Program-made: the position numbers and the translations under genes
Shown here: piece by piece, positions 10,998 to 24,164 of the stretch
How the letters are laid out: every line of letters starts with the position of its first letter
How positions within the stretch are numbered: the first letter of the stretch is position 1
Notes under the pieces: generated by a model
The model's database searches: none
Seen by the model: only the letters and a program-made list of their open reading frames with translations
Told to the model about the DNA's origin: nothing
Source of the DNA: Octopus sinensis
Lineage: Eukaryota
Direction: 5' to 3'
Length of the DNA: 64,000 nucleotides
NCBI RefSeq assembly: GCF_006345805.1
Contig: NC_043003.1
Span: 79,236,001 to 79,300,000, forward strand

Positions 10998-12100
10998 GGA
11001 TCTTTTCCTTTTGATGGACGGAATTTTCTAGTTAACTAAACAATTTGAAACTTCGTATACTGGTAGAATGTGTCAAAAAAAACATTATTGCAAACAAAAT
11101 TGAAAACAAAATTGTAATTTGTAAGTTTAACGTAGTTTAATTCTTCGAATTTTAACCAATGAAATTCCAGCATTTGAGCTCAAATCATTTGCTGCGTCTA
11201 AAAACTCACACACACACGTCTTATTCATCCTTCTCTCTCTTCTGTCTTCTGCGTGTGCTAGAAATAACAGCTATATCTCTTAAATCGATGAATTTTGTCG
11301 CCCAATAAAAAAATTAACGATAATTTTTGAATATTTTCTTTATTTTTTTTAACCGAAAAGGCTTCTCCCATGGTTTTGAAGGGCCAGAAACAACAAAAAC
11401 AAAACAATAATATGCCTAAATCGGTCTAGAGGGTGCGCGTGGAGTGTCGGTCGTATTGTAAAAAATTGCGAAATATTTTTTCATAAAAGGATGCCCCAGC
11501 TTGTCGGAGGCTGTGATATAAATTGGGAAAAAAATCCTCGACACCAGTGTGTAATTGGTACTTAATTTATCGACCCCGAAACGATGAAACATTGACCTTC
11601 TGGTTTATTTACCTTTTGTGTAAATTTGTTGCGGCAAGGGGCAAAACACAGAGGGGACAAAGCTGCGTATGTGTGTGTATGTATATCTTATATATTAATT
11701 ACTATGTGCTTGTGCAAATGTATATGCATGTGTTTGAGAAAGAGAGAGAGAGAGAGATTGTGACAGAGAGTGTGTGTGTGTGCAAGTGTACGTGTGTATG
11801 TATCTGAATATATGTGTGTGTGTATGTATGCGGCGTGCGTCTGCTATGTTTCTTTATCAATATTGATAAAGCAGCAAATGATTTGAGATCAAATGCTGGA
11901 ATTTCATCGGTTAAAATTCGAAGATGCTGGGATTTCATTGGTTAAAATTCGAAGAATTAAACTACGTTAAACTTACAAATTACAATTTTGTTTTCAATTT
12001 TGTTTACAATAATGTTTTCTTTTGACACATTCTACCAGTATACGAAGTTTCAAATTGTTTAGTTAACTAGAAAATTCCGTCCATCAAAAGGAAAAGATCC
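10998..12100. mobile_element. Non-autonomous DNA transposon (MITE-like) with about 200-bp TIRs and 8-bp TSD
   Basis: Begins GGATCTTTTCC and ends GGAAAAGATCC; GATGACAC at 10990-10997 and 12101-12108; the right TIR has an internal 31-bp tandem duplication; the interior holds a SINE fragment and microsatellites. Confidence 0.88.
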
Positions 12101-12594
12101 GATGACACCTTTGCGCAATTCAGGCAACAACCTTCCAATACATGGGGTTTGTTTGGGTGGTTGTTGCTGGTGGGCATTTTTACGAGGTCGGAGTGCAAAT
12201 TTTATCTCAACTTCTTTTAACTTCAAAGTTAGCTCTAATTACATCAGCCTCAGTATTTCACTGGCCCTTTAATGACTTGCTGAGGAAACGTTGGGTCTAT
12301 TTTTTGACATGCTGGTCCCTGCATAGCACCGAAGACAATGTTCTATTTTTATAGTTCTACCAACAAACCATACATCCTGGATTTAAACAGTCAGAGAAAA
12401 ATAAGTGTCATGCTAATGATCCCCCACTACCACTCCAGATGCTCAGCAAAAAAAAAGAAGAAATAATTGAAGAAAAAAGAAAGAAAAGAAACGAAAAAGA
12501 AAAGAATGCGATAGTCCTCATTTCTGACTTTAAATGAATGGTATAGAAACACTAAGACATTACTGTAGTCTTGAAACCATTCCCCTACAAAACT

Positions 12595-12810
12595 GCATAT
12601 CATCATCATCACTATCATCACCATCATCATCACCATTATCATATCAACATTACTATCATTATCATCATCATCATTATATCAACTATCATCAACATCACTA
12701 TCATCATCATCATCATTACTGTATCGACATAACTATCATCAACATCACTATCATCACTACCATTATCACCATCATAATCATAACTATTATCACCATCATC
12801 GTCATCATTT
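12595..12810. repeat. Degenerate (CAT/CAC/TAT)n trinucleotide low-complexity tract
   Basis: Direct sequence. Confidence 0.85.
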
Positions 12811-12976
12811 AACATCTTCCTTCCATACTGGCATAGATTGGTTGGTTCAACAGGAGCTGGTGGGCCAGAGGACTACGCCAAGCTAACGAAGGTTAGCCAG
12901 CATTATTAACTGGTAAAAGTAAATATGGTACCTGCTAGGATTGAATATCCCTACCAACCTAATTTGGAAACTTACC

Positions 12977-13019
<43 letters not shown>

Positions 13020-13151
13020 CCTGCAACAAATTTGGTGTATGAACAAAACACATAATAAAGAAATAACATGCACAAAGCATGTGTTTTTAATTGTAATCTA
13101 ATTTTCTTTCACATGAGCTATGCCACAGCACATCTGCAAATAGATTTCACT

Positions 13152-13645
13152 TGTAGTGATGCTACTGTGGAAGTTTCAGCATGCATGCACAGAATTGGAT
13201 TACTTCCGGTAGGCCGCTGGAAATTCCCTCATGCGCATGCACAGGAAATGCAACCTGAAAGCATTCCCGTTAAAATCGGTCTATTTGGAAAAGCAGCCCT
13301 AATGAGCGGACGTGACAAAAACTTCTCTCAGGGAAAACCCTACGCATAGAGGAGCTCTCTTCAAATGGGAATGAAGACCATATCTTCTTGGCTCACCCGA
13401 GTGAACATATGTGTACAGTCCTGTGGACTTGGCAGCCGGTTCACCCTTAAGAAATATATATGTATATATTTTACCTGTGAACCCGAAGAATAAAGTACTA
13501 TTTATTGTTATTTTTGGTACCTTTTCTTCGACTTGAATATGACAAGATAAGACCAGACACCCCTCAAGTGTTCCTGAAACTCTTATCTTGTTACAATTGG
13601 TGACCCCGACGTGATTCGAACACGCAGCCTTCTGATCTTGTTACA
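13152..13645 (+). mobile_element. LTR (13152-13595, TG...CA) plus tRNA-Trp-complementary segment (13598-13638) plus second LTR terminus, within a 4-bp CACT TSD
   Basis: TGTAG start; ATCTTGTTACA at 13585-13595 and again at 13635-13645; TGGTGACCCCGACGTGATTCGAACACGCAGCCTTCTGATCT is the reverse complement of the 3' 41 nt of a standard metazoan tRNA-Trp including CCA; CACT at 13148-13151 and 13646-13649; AATAAA near 13490. Confidence 0.85.
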
Positions 13646-13978
13646 CACTCTATGTGTCACACACCAGCAATTCACATTGGAGATCAGTATATGCTACTGA
13701 TAAGCCACAATATTGGTGAAATATCTGTATCTACCATTCTCAGCATCCAAGCCTGGTCTTTACCATTCAGCATTCACCATTGTACTGGGCACTTTCCCTA
13801 GACATTATCCCACAGCAAATTTGGCAAATAAACAAAACACTTATACTATGTATAGCACATGAATTAAGGAGTTGCATTGTCTCCCCAAGAACCCAAAATT
13901 AGCCATGCTTTGCTCCAGGTGAGTTGGTACATATTCTGTTGGTACATAAACTGAAAGGAGCCTGTCGTATATATATAT

Positions 13979-14014
<36 letters not shown>

Positions 14015-15339
14015 AATATTACATTGTATAAAAGGGCTTAGTAAAATAAATTACTTTGCCACATACTGAACTCATTAGAAATAGCAGCCAAAAAAAGATT
14101 TTTTAGCCATTTCTAATACTTATATATATATATACGACAGGCTCCTTTCAGTTTTCATCTGCCAAATCCACTCACAAGGCTTCAGTCACATATACATAGT
14201 ATAAGAACAAAAGAATATATATATATATTCTTTTGTTCTTTTACTTGTTTCAGTCATTTGACTGTGGCCATGCTGGAGCACCATCTTTAGTGAAACAAAT
14301 CAACCTCCAGGACATATTCTTTATAAGCCTAGTACTTATTCCATTGGCTTCTTTTGCCAAACCACAAAGTTATGGGGGCATAAACACACCAACATCGATT
14401 GTCAAATGAATAAATAGAAATAAAGTCAATTTCCAGACATTGGGTAGCTGCACATACGGTAATTATGGCAGCATCTGGCATTGCCGGCCTCCCTCAGACC
14501 CAGGTTTCCACTGCCATTGCCTGCCACTGTCTCTCACTCAGTCACTTTTAAGCATCAGTTGCATGAATGAAAATAGTGATGAAAAATATAAATCCAACAT
14601 ACAACCAGATCGACTTATGACCTGTCAGTTGGAATGGAACTTGGGTTCATTCCTATTATCATTAGTGCAACAGAATATGTACCAACTCACCTGGAGCAAA
14701 GCATGGCTAGTTTTGGGTTCTTGGGGAGACAATGTAACTCCTTAATTCATGTGCTATAAAATATCATGGTATCTGGGGCAATAAAAATCTGCAAGACCTT
14801 CTTAAGATAAATAAAATAAGATGCTTTCCTTCACAAACTTCAAAATTAGCTCTAAATTAAAAAGAGAAAAAGAACCCCCCACACACACACACACATACAC
14901 ACAAACACACGCATGTGCACACACTTATTCGTTAGGGATTGGTTTTAAGACAATAATCATGTTATTTTTGTATCATTCATTTAAAGTGAGAATGTTTTTT
15001 CATTTCAGTCCTGGTTCAAAAGGAGGTGTAACTTTTTCTTATGTTTTTTCCTGTCCTATTTTTAGTATGGCCACTCATTTTCTTTTCCTTCTTTTTTTTT
15101 CCCTTTATCTTCAATGAAATAGATCCTGTTTTTTTTTTTGTCTTCATTTGCTTTGTTCTGTTTTCTTTTGAGAAATGGCATTAGTAAAAGTTATTCATTG
15201 AATTCATTGTATAAACCAAGAGGAATTTTGGAATACACTGAACCACAAAAGAAATACGAGACATGTGTGACTGTGAAATATGTTTTAATTTCATTATGTC
15301 AGAGATAAATTTTGGTAAATCTGATAAAGTCAATTACTT

Positions 15340-15722
15340 GGATGCACTTTGACCACAGTCTATGGGTCATTGTCATGTGTTCTGATAGTGGGCGGATCCA
15401 GCACATCGAGATTGTAGGGCATGACATGTTCAATACCCTAGGTGTTCAAAACGGCCATACATCATCGGTACATGGAGTGCATGAGGCAGTTCACAAAAGC
15501 CATTGGCACTTGTGCCCACATTCTGAGGAAAGCTGCCTCCAGTTCCACATGAATTGTCAGCCTTGGGACAATCTGGTTTAGCCATCTCTGGATTTCATCC
15601 CACAGGCATTCAATTGGGTTCAAATCCTGGCTGAGAGCTGGCCAAACCATGGTTCTGATGTTGTGCTGATACACAAAGTCCATGGTGACCCTGGCAATGT
15701 GAAGTTCTTGTCCCACCCACAC
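15340..15722 (-). mobile_element. Decayed Tc1 transposase C-terminal fragment
   Basis: WPALSQDLNPIECLWDEIQRWL...ELEAAFLRMWAQVP..VNCLMHSMYR matches the Tc1 WPxxSPDLNPIExLW C-terminus. Confidence 0.85.
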
Positions 15723-18617
15723 TTAACAAGAAAGCTTCTCACACACTCTACCACAACAAACCAAACTACATCTACATCTCTTCTCTTCCTCACATTTCCA
15801 CTTCATGCACTATGCTTACTTTCCACTCCCAAATCCTATCCTCTTGGCTCTGTGCCACTGTATCATTGCTCTCCACCTACCCCTAACCTGTGTGTTTTAC
15901 CCACATGCCCCCCTCTCACTGTATTATTGCTGTCTGCTAGCCCCCCACCCCCAACTTGTGTGTTCCACCTACACATAACAAGAAATCTTTTCCTTCACCC
16001 TACCCCCAACAAACCAATCTACATCTTTTCTCTTTCTCACATTTCCTCCTTCATACACTATGCCTAGCTCTCACTCCCCAATCCTGACCTTACAGCCCTG
16101 TTCCTCTGTATCACTGCTATCTTTTTCACCACTTACTCACACTCTTTAATCACATTTCCTTCACAATATCCTGCCACATATCATGGGATTGGAACCTCAA
16201 CGGTATGCCCTGGCACTTGCCATCATTTGTATCTCTCTCTTCCTTTATTTAACCATCCCATTTATATTCTGATCCTGATCCCTTGTGAGTATGCCCGGCG
16301 TTTTGCCACCATCTGTATCCTGCTGTCTCCCACTCTCTCTCCTCTTCTCCTGCACTTTCCCCAGGTTGGGTAACCGTGTATTTCCTTTGCAGTAGTGCAT
16401 TTGTTTCTGTCTTCATTCCTGATCTCTCTCTCTCTCTCTAGCCAGGTAGCCTTGTACTTCCTCTACAGCAAGACACCCGTATCTGTTTTACTATAACCTT
16501 TCATCATCCAACACAAGATCACCTCCTTCAATGCCTCCTCTCCTCTTGAAAGTTTTTCTTTTTCTTTTTTGTCTTGCAAGTACCTGGTGGCCTTGTCAGT
16601 GCAGGTGCCACTTAAAAGTACCCAGTCCACCCTGTGAAGTGGTTGGTGTTTGGAAGGGTATCCAACTGTAAAAAACCTTGCCAAAACTGCCTTCGCCTTT
16701 GCTTGTTCCATGTCAATAGTACTATTGACCTTACCAGTGCTTGCTCCATGTAAAAAGCACTAAGTTCACTCTGCTGAGTGGTTGGTGTTAGGAAGAGCAT
16801 CTAGCTGTAAAAAAAAATCTGGTGCAGGCTTCTGCTTGACCAGCTCTTGTGAAACTGCCCCACTCATGCTAGCATGGAAAGTGGATGTTAAACGATGATG
16901 ATGATGATGATGACGATGATGGCAATGACGACAAATATTTTACTCTCATCCATCATCTGTCTTAATCTTCAGTGTAATGGATAAAGTGGAGGTTTAAATC
17001 TACTTACAGTTTTGTACTCTATTTTGTTGTTTTTCCCCCATCAACTGTGAATGCATGTTTCAATATCTTTGTATTCCATCAGGAGTGTATATGGGGTGTC
17101 AGGAAGGGGTACATATCACACTCTTAGGAGTAGCTTGTCCACTTTGGTCTCCACCTGGCACTTGACTCTCACTTGTGCCGGCAAGTAGCTGTTTGCATGC
17201 AACAGTGGCCATACTTCAGTAAACCGTTTTGACTAATGGGCTAAACTAGGTGTAAGTAGCTAATAGGTATGTAACTCTTACATAGAGCTTCTTTTCATAT
17301 GCATGTGAAGATTAGATCCAGCAGACCCTGTAAAAAAAACCTTCATGGTTCAACAGAGAGGAAGGCAACTGTAGCGATGCCTTGTGAAGTGCAGAGAGTA
17401 AGACAAGAAGTGTGACATCTTATTTCTTGACTGCCCACAAGGGGCTACACACAGAGGTGACAAACAAGGACTGAAAAAGAAAATACCTCTCAACCGGATG
17501 GGGACCCAGGACAATGGGATCCCGGGGCCACAATGTGCATTTGAGGAGTCGATGTTCACTGAGTCCTGCAATTTGCATCAGTTCACGAAGATAGCCACGT
17601 TCTTCATTGACGGATGAGCCGAGTGATCCCCTGTCCTCATCTTGGTCAACTACTGTATCTGTCTCCATTGCCAGTTGTCTTGACCAGATCTTGTTATTGG
17701 ATTGAAGATGGTGACTGATGAGAGAGTGAAGTTGATGGTGTGCAACACTTCTTCACTTTAAAAAATTTCCCATGCAAGTTATCAGTCAGCCTTCACCCAA
17801 AATGACCAGATAATGCTTGTTGTTCCAATGGGTGAACATGCATTTCAACAGGGGTCTTTTCCATTTGTTTTTCTCCCTCTAACACAAAAATTGGACACAG
17901 CTAAACAAACAGAAAAGATCCTATATTTTTCCATCAATCAAAAATTTGCTACAATGTTAAGTACGATGATAAATAGCAACAATCTCATAAGTTTCAAGTG
18001 AGTGGGGATAGGAGCTTAAAATGCCCAGGAAACAGTAACTTTCCTCTGACCAAACCAAACCAAACAAAATAAAAAAAAAGAAAAGATTATGTGTCCTATT
18101 TGAGAAACAGTTCTGGACTAGGAGGACACAACAGGTTTATTACATTGTAATAGTGCAACTAAAATTATAGTTTTGAGTGCATCAGTATCAGCATGTGGTG
18201 GAATTTCAGGTGAAAACGTTAGGAGAGAAAGAGGAATTAACTATTGAAGTTTTAAGTAGATGAAAATATATTGTTTTTTTTTGCAGTAGAAATTTAAGAT
18301 TTAATAAGGGTAAAATAAGTCCCAGGAATGAGCTACCCATTTAAAATAGGGTAATGGGAAACCTTGCTCAGAATCAAATCCTTAGTCGTTCCATCCACTT
18401 ATGGTTAGAACTCCATTTCTCATTGCCCTCTTTACTGTCAATCTTATTTTCCCATTGTTCCTACATCATTTATGCTGCACACAGAAGACATGCTTCTATG
18501 AGACCTTTCTGACATGTGTCACCAGATTTTACCATATATGCCAAGACAGAAGTCATTTTAGTGCAGTCACCAAATTATTTCTGTTCAACTCACCAACAGA
18601 GCTGTTTATTCTTTTAA

Positions 18618-18837
18618 CCCTTTCATTACCAACTCGGCTGAAACCGGCTCTGGCTTTGAGTACAAATGCCTTGTTTTCATAAGTTTTGAATTAAAATCTT
18701 CCACTAAACCTTAAGCACAATTTATATTCCTAACACTAGCTGAAGGATAACTAAGTTATTTTACGAAATTCTCTATTATATTTAAAGTAATCGAAAGAAA
18801 CACGAAGCATCTCAAAATTAATACAGTAACGAAAGGG
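18618..18837. mobile_element. piggyBac-type MITE
   Basis: TTAA|CCCTTTCATTAC ... GTAACGAAAGGG|TTAA; second copy at 22384-22604. Confidence 0.85.
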
Positions 18838-19202
18838 TTAATCCTGTGTCCAGTTGAGTCTGGATTGAAGCTCTGCCTCCTCAAAAACGACAGACTTTCA
18901 GCCACTGTCACATCTAAAACAACACACAGGGACAACAAACCAATTATTGTTTTTGTAGTGTTGATTTCTACTCAATGTCCAGCCAGTCACTATTGTCACT
19001 CACTCACACACACATATCTTTGTATTAACATCCTTCTTCTTACTAAACACATTAACATTATTACTTTATTGAACTGGTAGAGCAGTGAATTAGCAAAGAT
19101 ATTAGAGTATCAGTATTTAGCAATTCTTTGCACTTCGAGTTCAAACCCCACAGAGAGTAACTTTCATCTTTTAGAAATCAACTAAATAAATACCTATTTC
19201 AT

Positions 19203-19423
19203 TATTACCCACAAGGGGCTAAACATAGAGGGGACAAACATGGACAGACATAGGTATTAAGTCGATTATATCGACCCCAGTGCTTGACTGGTACTTAATT
19301 TATCGACCCCGAAAGGATGAAAGGCAAAGTCGACCTCGGCGGAATTTGAACTCAGAACGTTACGGCAGCCGAAATACCGCTAAGCATTTTGCTCGACGTG
19401 CTAACGATTCTGCCAGCTTGCCG
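19203..19423 (-). mobile_element. SINE family B
   Basis: Near full-length match to 52322-52563. Confidence 0.8.
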
Positions 19424-19718
19424 ACTTACAACTAAATAGATACCAGTTAAGGACTGGAGTCAGTGGCATAAATAAACCCCTTCCCCTGAATATTGTTGGC
19501 ATTGTGCCTAAATTAGAAACCAGTATTGTTTGAATCTGAAGTAACTCAAAATTAATAATTAATATTTTGTAGATATTTGAGTAATATATGGTGGTGTAGC
19601 TTAGAAGCTTGCTTCTCAATCATATGGTTTTGGGTTCAGTCCCGCTGTGCAGTATCTTGGGCAAGCGTCTTCTGCTATAGTTTTGGACTGACTGAAACCT
19701 TCTGATTGAATTTAGTAG

Positions 19719-19785
<67 letters not shown>

Positions 19786-19831
19786 TATCATCATCATTTA
19801 GCGTCCGCTTTCCATGCTAGCATGGGTTGGA

Positions 19832-19866
<35 letters not shown>

Positions 19867-19882
19867 GTGTATATATATATAT

Positions 19883-19922
<40 letters not shown>

Positions 19923-20061
19923 TACATATTGATGTATATTGTTTTGTTTTGTTGGATTTGGATGTTCCTATTTATGTAGCTAATAAATAAACAATATGAA
20001 TTGGTAATATCTGTAAGTCGATGATTGGAATGAATCTGTTCCTCCATTTTCTTATTTGTAT

Positions 20062-20094
<33 letters not shown>

Positions 20095-21640
20095 GTATAT
20101 ACTACACATATCTTTAAACATAGCAATGATGAATTACATTCTTTTTACATTATACTACAATGTCCAAGACTGTAAAATGTAATTGAATATCCAAAGATTT
20201 TGGCTGCTTATTGTAACAGACAATACACAATCAACTAAAATGCATACATTACACAACTGATGACACCTGATCTCAGTCAGTATGTAAAACATAGAAAGGT
20301 AATTCTCATGAGAATAATGCACTCTTTTTCAATTAGCGGGGAAAAAAAGTAACTATTTACATACTAGAGCTTCAACCACTGCACCCAAGTTTGCTCTTCT
20401 CTATGCAAATTCAGTAAACAGGCACTTGAAACAAAAATTGACCAAAAAAGTAAAAGAAAATAGTTGTATTGATTTATAGAGAACTCATGGAAAAAATATA
20501 GTATTGAGGTATAGTGGACTTGTGGAAAAATTTCTTCGTGATTGTTTTTTAATATTCTTTTATTCTTTTACTTGTTTCAGTCATTCAATTGTGGCCATGT
20601 TGTAGCACTACCTTAAAGGGCTTTAGTTGAAAAAATTGACCCCATGACTTATTCTTCATAAGCCTAGTACTTATTCTATTGGTGTCTTTTGCCAAACCAC
20701 TAAGTTACAGGGACTACACCAGCATCAGTTATCAAGCAATGGTGGTGGGGGCCAAACACACACACACATAAAAATATACATATATACACACACATAAAAA
20801 TATACATATATACACACACATAAAAATATACATATATACATACACATACATAAAAATATACATACATATATCTTCTGCTTTTCTGTCTTTCTGTCTGTTA
20901 CCCTCTTACTGCCTAAACCAGTGAACCAATTTTCACAAAATTTTGCATACATGTTAACTTAACATCCAGCTCAATAATAAAAGCTAATTGGATTTCAATA
21001 AAAATCTATAATGTGCCCCTTAGCGGGGTTGGGCGAATTATATGATAAAATAAGAAGGGTGCAAGAAGTATTAGTCTGAGGGAAATGTAGTAGCAGACGT
21101 GAGTGTGACTGATATCAGGAAGGGAAGAACAACATTTATATATATATATATGACAAGCTTTTTTCAGTTTCCGTCTACTAAATCCACTCACAATGCTTTA
21201 GTTGGAGTCTGAGGCTATAGTAGAAGACACTTGCCCAAGGTGCCACACCATGGGACTGAACCCGGAACCATGTGGTTGGGAAGCAAACTTCTCACCACGC
21301 CACACATGCACACAGACAAAATTTCTAGATACTCTAGAAAAATTCTATATTCTTTTCAATAATTTACACTAAACTGAAATTTACAAGAGACAAGCACTAC
21401 AAGAATGCCATTTCTAGATGTAATTGTGATTTAAAATAACACCAACTTTGCAATCGATATATATTACAAAAATACAGATTCACATCAATATCCGAAATTT
21501 AAATCATGTCATCTGGCTTACACAAAAAATAAAGTCTAATCAGGAGAATTTGTATCATTGATAATGATATCAATACCAGAGAACATTATAACTTTAACTA
21601 TTTCTACTAAAACAAAAATATCCAGCAACATTTATATAAA

Positions 21641-22034
21641 ACTAGCAGTATCGCCCGGCGTTGCTCGGGTTTGTAAGGGAAATAATAATATAAGCATTTT
21701 TAGAGATGTAAAGTATAATAGCCATCTCAAAATGGCTAACCACAAAGGGGGGTGTTACTGTAGCTTTTTACGTTCTGAGATTTAATAATACATTTTTAGA
21801 GAGTTACTTCCCTTATATAATAGCAAAAAAATGCATTAAAAATGGGAAAAAATGATGGTAAATTTTTTTTAAAACCGTAGACTCATTGTAGACATGCGCT
21901 AATACCCAGAAGGGCTCGATATGAATCACGACTATAAGATACTCGCTTTAGGTTACACTGCACCGCAAAATGTGGGAGTAGTTAGGAATCTAAATTGTAG
22001 GAGACAGACACACAACTTCACTTTTATATATAAA
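21641..22034 (+). mobile_element. Probable non-autonomous Helitron-family element (DINE-1/Lep1-like)
   Basis: Starts ACTAGCAGTATCGCCCGGCGTTGCTCGGG (short 5' hairpin) and ends GACAGACACACAACTTCACTTTTATATATAAA; this architecture resembles Helitron/Helentron-associated short elements (inference). Confidence 0.5.
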
Positions 22035-22383
22035 ACTAGCTCAAAAGCCACACTCCATGTGGACCTGCGGACTCAAACTAAAGAGAACTAAATAGCATGA
22101 CTATAATACATCTATAATGACTATATGCCCCAGAGGTGTTTGATCAGAGGTTAAGGAGGGATAAGAATTAATTCTGTAATGCAATCATGCTATTGTTCCA
22201 GTCCCATGTTGAATTCCAACTGTTGGCCAATTTGTCCCAAAGTTCTTATCTCGACATGAAATTAATGAAGTAAATGTCATTTATCTCCCTCTTGATCTCT
22301 GATGTCATCTGACAAAAGCCACCCAAGATGGGGTGAATCAGCTAAGCTTTACCTGCTAGAAATCGCTACACAAATAGTTTTAA

Positions 22384-22604
22384 CTCTTTCATTACCAACC
22401 CGGCTGAAACCGGCTCTGGGTCTTTAGTACAAATGTCTTGTTTTCATAAGTTTTGAATTATAATCTTCCACCAAATCTTAGTCACAGTTTATGTTCCTAA
22501 CACCAGCTGAATGATAGCGAAGTTATTTTACTAAATTCTTTGTTATATTTAAAGTAATTGAAAGAAATACAGAGCATCTCAACAGAAATACAGTAACGAA
22601 AGGG
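22384..22604. mobile_element. piggyBac-type MITE (same family as 18618-18837)
   Basis: TTAA flanks; CTCTTTCATTAC...GTAACGAAAGGG. Confidence 0.82.
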
Positions 22605-23404
22605 TTAAATCAGATCCCAATCCTGGATGTCCAAGAACCAAGTTAAGGGCAGATTTTCAATCCGAGTGTCACCCTCATTCCAAAAAGGTATAATATAGCA
22701 CAATGTAGACTGAGATACAGGAGTCTCAGACAGACAGAATTTTGCATTTATTAATATAGATGGTATTAAACATGAAAAACGAATACCAGTAAAATAGCTT
22801 CTAGTCACCCAAGAAGGAGGAACACAAGACTTGGTGAATGATAACTTTCATAGTGAGGCATAATCTATGTGAACAGAATATTTTTTATATATCACCTAAA
22901 TAAACATGCTTATTACTATGCTAAGTAATTAACAAACGAATTCAGTTACTGAAAGAAAACTTGTCCAAAACAAACAGCAACTGAAAAGCCTGAAATAGTT
23001 CATGAGAAAGGCATGGGTGTAGCTGCATGATAACAAGTTTGTCCCGCTGCATGGCATCTAGGATAAGTGACTTCTATTATAGCCCATGGCTGACTAAAGC
23101 CTTGTGAGTGAATTTGGTGGATAGAAACTGAAAGAAGCTTATCATTTGTGTGTGTGTGTGATGTGTGCATATATATGTGCTATGTCCTCTTGTCATAGCA
23201 CTGTGTGATAGTTGTAAACAAGCTTCAGTCTCACACATGTAGTGTTGTTCATTTCTAGCTTTCTAAGAAAGCATGCTCTGTCTTAGGAAACTTAGGAAAA
23301 TTGTGTGAAAACCCACTCTGTGTGTGTATGTGTGTATGTGTGTGTGTTTGTTTGTGTACATATTTATATGTATATCTATACGTATATCTATATCTATAAA
23401 TATA

Positions 23405-23444
<40 letters not shown>

Positions 23445-23446
23445 TG

Positions 23447-23742
23447 AGGCGCAATGGCCCAGTGATTAGGTCAGCGGACTCGCGGTTGTAAGATCGCGGT
23501 TTCGATTCCCAGACCAGGCCTTGTGAGTGTTTATTGAGCGAAAACACCTAAAGCTCCACGAGGCTCCGGCAGGGGGGGGGGTGATCCCTGCCGTACTCTT
23601 TTGCTGCAACTTTCTCTCACTCTTTCTTTTGTTGACCTGCTCACTTAGCCAGCGGGGTGGCGTCATTTGAAGGCTAAAACAATGTGAAGCGCATTGTGAT
23701 CAGCGATGTGTAATAACATCTGATAGCCTGGTCGGTCACAGT
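23447..23742 (+). mobile_element. SINE family C (tRNA-derived head GGCGCAATGGCCCAGTG...)
   Basis: tRNA-like A/B boxes; related partial copy at 40345-40535. Confidence 0.7.
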
Positions 23743-23835
23743 GATATATATATATATATATATATAATACAAATCATTTGTGCAGGTCATTTGGCAAAAA
23801 GCTGAATGCTGATAGGTCATCTTCAACAAGAGAGC

Positions 23836-23912
<77 letters not shown>

Positions 23913-23919
<7 letters not shown>

Positions 23920-24164
23920 TCGCCAAGCTAATAAGGTAGTCCAGAAATATAGGATGCATGCTGCCATTGATTAGTTCCCAGAGGGTATTGATTCTAGCTT
24001 GCTATGTGACACACAAACCTGTGTCCATTATAACCTTCGAAGGTTATAATGGACACAGGTTCGTGTGTCACATAGCAAGCTAGAGGCAATGGCCTCCGGG
24101 AACTAATCAATGGCAGCATGCATCCTATATTTCTGGACTGCCATATTAGCTTGGCAATAACTAT
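23913..24164. repeat. 252-bp spacerless imperfect palindrome centred on TTC|GAA (24038/24039)
   Basis: Arms are reverse complements with roughly 10 mismatches; abuts a (TA)n tract. Confidence 0.9.

Noticed and set aside
13598-13638. tRNA-Trp gene
   Set aside because: Only the 3' half is present, antisense, includes the CCA and follows an LTR; it is a primer-derived copy, not a gene.
17420-17720. GC-richer open frame METDTVVDQDEDRG...GYLRELMQIAGLSEHRLLKC
   Set aside because: No recognisable motif or splice signals and it runs into a SINE; possibly a TE fragment but unsupported.
23447-23520. tRNA-like sequences at SINE heads (also 31317, 40345, 41770)
   Set aside because: No complete cloverleaf; they continue directly into SINE bodies.
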